DNA of 64,000 nucleotides from an uncultured Verrucomicrobiae bacterium (lineage in GTDB: Bacteria; Verrucomicrobiota; Verrucomicrobiia; Chthoniobacterales; Chthoniobacteraceae): positions 512,001 through 576,000 of the forward strand of contig CAVYKI010000012.1 of the NCBI GenBank assembly GCA_963769025.1. Direction: 5' to 3'. Below the pieces are notes generated by a model that had not been told where the DNA came from, did not search any database, and worked only from the letters and a program-made list of their open reading frames with translations. The position numbers were made by a program, and so were the translations under genes. The number at the start of each line of letters is the position of its first letter. Position 1 is the stretch's first letter. Shown here one piece after another: positions 62,198 to 64,000 of the stretch.

Positions 62198-62367
62198 GGG
62201 ATGTTTTGGTTTTGGGATTTGGTGATGGAATCAGCGGAGGATGACTTCAGTTGGAGGCCGGTGATGGACCTCCATCGGGCGGAGGACCGAGCGTAAATTA
62301 GAGCTCCTCGGTGGCTCACGCGCCGCCGCACGCCCAGTCTGAGTGGTCGTGGTGGATGGGTTCGGAT

Positions 62368-64000
62368 TCATGCAGCGGGGATGAGTTGAGGTTCCGGCAC
62401 CTCTTCCAAATCGCTGGCAGCGCACCCCAAGGCTCTCATGGCGTCATCCAGACTGAGGTGGATGCACTTTCGCCCGAAGTGCTCGGGAAAACCAGCGCGC
62501 TCCAGGCGGTCCATGACCGGGCCTTTTACCGCCGCGAGATGAAAGCCGACGCCGGAGTCGCGCAGTTGCTCCACCAGTTTCTCGAGCGTCTCCAGCGCGC
62601 TGGAGTCGATGTGATTGATGGCGCTGCAATCGAGCACCAGATTCTCCAGATCCTTCTGCTCGGCGATGAGCCTCAGCAGATGATCTTCGAGGTAGCGCGC
62701 ATTCGCGAAGTAGAGGCTTTCATCCACCCGAATCGCGAGCACGCCGGGGCAGACGCGAACCTTGTGCCGGTGGACATTGCGGAAGTGCTCGGTGTGTCCA
62801 ATGCGCCCCAGCACGGCGATGTGCGGACGGCTCGAGCGCCACAGAAAAAGGACCAACGCAGTGCCGGCACCGATGGCCACGCCGAGCTCCACGCCCGCGA
62901 AAAGGACGACGAGAAACGTGAGCGCAAACGAGGTGAAATCCGCCCGGCTGTAGCGCCAAAGCTGCGGCGCGCGTTTGAGATCCACGAGGCCGAACACCGC
63001 CACGATGATGATCGCGCCGAGCGCGGTGTGTGGGATGAAGTAGAAGAGCGGCGTCAGCGCGAGGACGGTGATCAGGACAAGCGCCGCGGTGATCATCGAG
63101 GCGAGCGGAGTCTTCGCGCCGGCGGCGAAATTCACCACGGAACGGCTGAAGCCGCCGGTGACCGGGTAACCGCTGGTCAGCGCGGCGCCGAGTTGGCCAG
63201 GCCCAGCGCCACGAGTTCGCGATCGGGATGCACGTTCTGCCGGCGTTTGCTGGCGAGCGCCTTGGCGACGGAGATGCTTTCCATGAAGCCGACGAACGCG
63301 ATGGTCACGGCGGCGCCGAGCAACGGCTGGATGCGGTCCCAGGCCAGCGGCGGAAAGCTCAGCGGCGGCAGTCCCGCGGCGACGGTGCCGACGGTCTTGA
63401 TGCCGGCGGATCGATCGAGGCCGAGCGCCCAGACGAGCAGCGTCGCCGCCGCCACGACGACCAATGGACCGCTTTGCGCGAGCGGTGTGGCGATCGACTC
63501 ATCCACGCCGCGCTTGCGCAGCACAGGCCCGAGCGCTTTGCCAAAGAAGAGCAGCAGCGCGATCGCCGCGACACCCATCGCGAGCGTGACGCCATTCGTG
63601 GCTCCGAGCTGTTGGTAGATATTTGCGACGAGCTGATGCGTGTGTTCGGCGTGCGGAATCTGGATGCCGAGCAGGTGCTTGAGCTGGCTGAGGGCGATGA
63701 TGATCGCCGCCGCGCTGGTGAAGCCTTTGATCACCGGGTGACTGAGGAAATGGGTGAGCACGCCCAGTCGCGCGAAGCCCATCGCGAGCATCATGACGCC
63801 GACCAATCCGGCCAGCGTCAGCGCGGCGCTGAGCGCGGCGGCGCCTCCCTCCGGCGCGACCCGCTGAATCACTGACGCGGTCAGCAGCGAGACGATGGCC
63901 ACCGGCCCGACCGCGAGCGTCCGGCTGGAGCCGAAGACGCCATAGAGCAACAACGGCACGATGCTCGCGTAGAGGCCGATCTGCGGCGGAAGACCGGCGA
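62368..64000 (-). CDS. sulP: SulP family anion permease with STAS domain (5' end outside window; frameshift ~63180)
   Basis: GLYAS..YGVFGSSR.LAVGPVA, ESISVAK, GGFSRS.VN..GAKT, DESLYFAN, IDSSA. Confidence 0.9.

Overview
High-GC bacterial DNA, probably Verrucomicrobiota (inferred from a PEP-CTERM tail, the pilin style, DUF5069 and the attC style). Many single-base frameshifts, densest at 22.5-23.9 kb and 48.6-54.5 kb, suggest an unpolished long-read assembly. Layout: (1) 0-6.6 kb: four tandem type IV pilin genes, each with a sigma54 promoter, flanked by two GT-C/TPR membrane glycosyltransferases. (2) 6.7-8 kb: an orphan helical protein gene preceded by a ~42-bp, 10-unit repeat array. (3) 8.4-9.9 kb: integron cassettes with no intI (an ORF-less cassette, a RelE toxin-antitoxin pair, a membrane protein); the last attC is cut off. 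(4) 10-24.3 kb: decayed ICE-like region with a brxL remnant, a sigma54 minor-pilin/PilN/PilO module and nuclease genes. (5) 24370-55779: a ~31.4-kb integrative element with a tyrosine integrase. Its attL/attR can be reconstructed (7-bp overlap GTGATGA, 9-bp inverted core sites, GTTACCGAAT arm repeats), and it appears to be inserted in a DNA-ligase-like 'GVVMKR' motif. The cargo carries an ECF sigma/anti-sigma pair and 7-8 copies of a GGAATAA-N15-GCTC promoter motif. These sit upstream of a bufferin-like Cys-rich RiPP cluster (precursor, DUF692, DUF2063), an arsM/arsS/DUF5069/PiT operon, rSAM-associated glycosyltransferases, DUF547 and an outer-membrane beta-barrel. (6) 56.4-64 kb: an ArsR-associated sulfur cluster (two SoxB-like hydrolases, DsrE, thioredoxin, methyltransferase, SulP). 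The mobile ECF regulon and the repeat array with its orphan gene are the best candidates for undescribed systems. No tRNA, rRNA or CRISPR was recognised.
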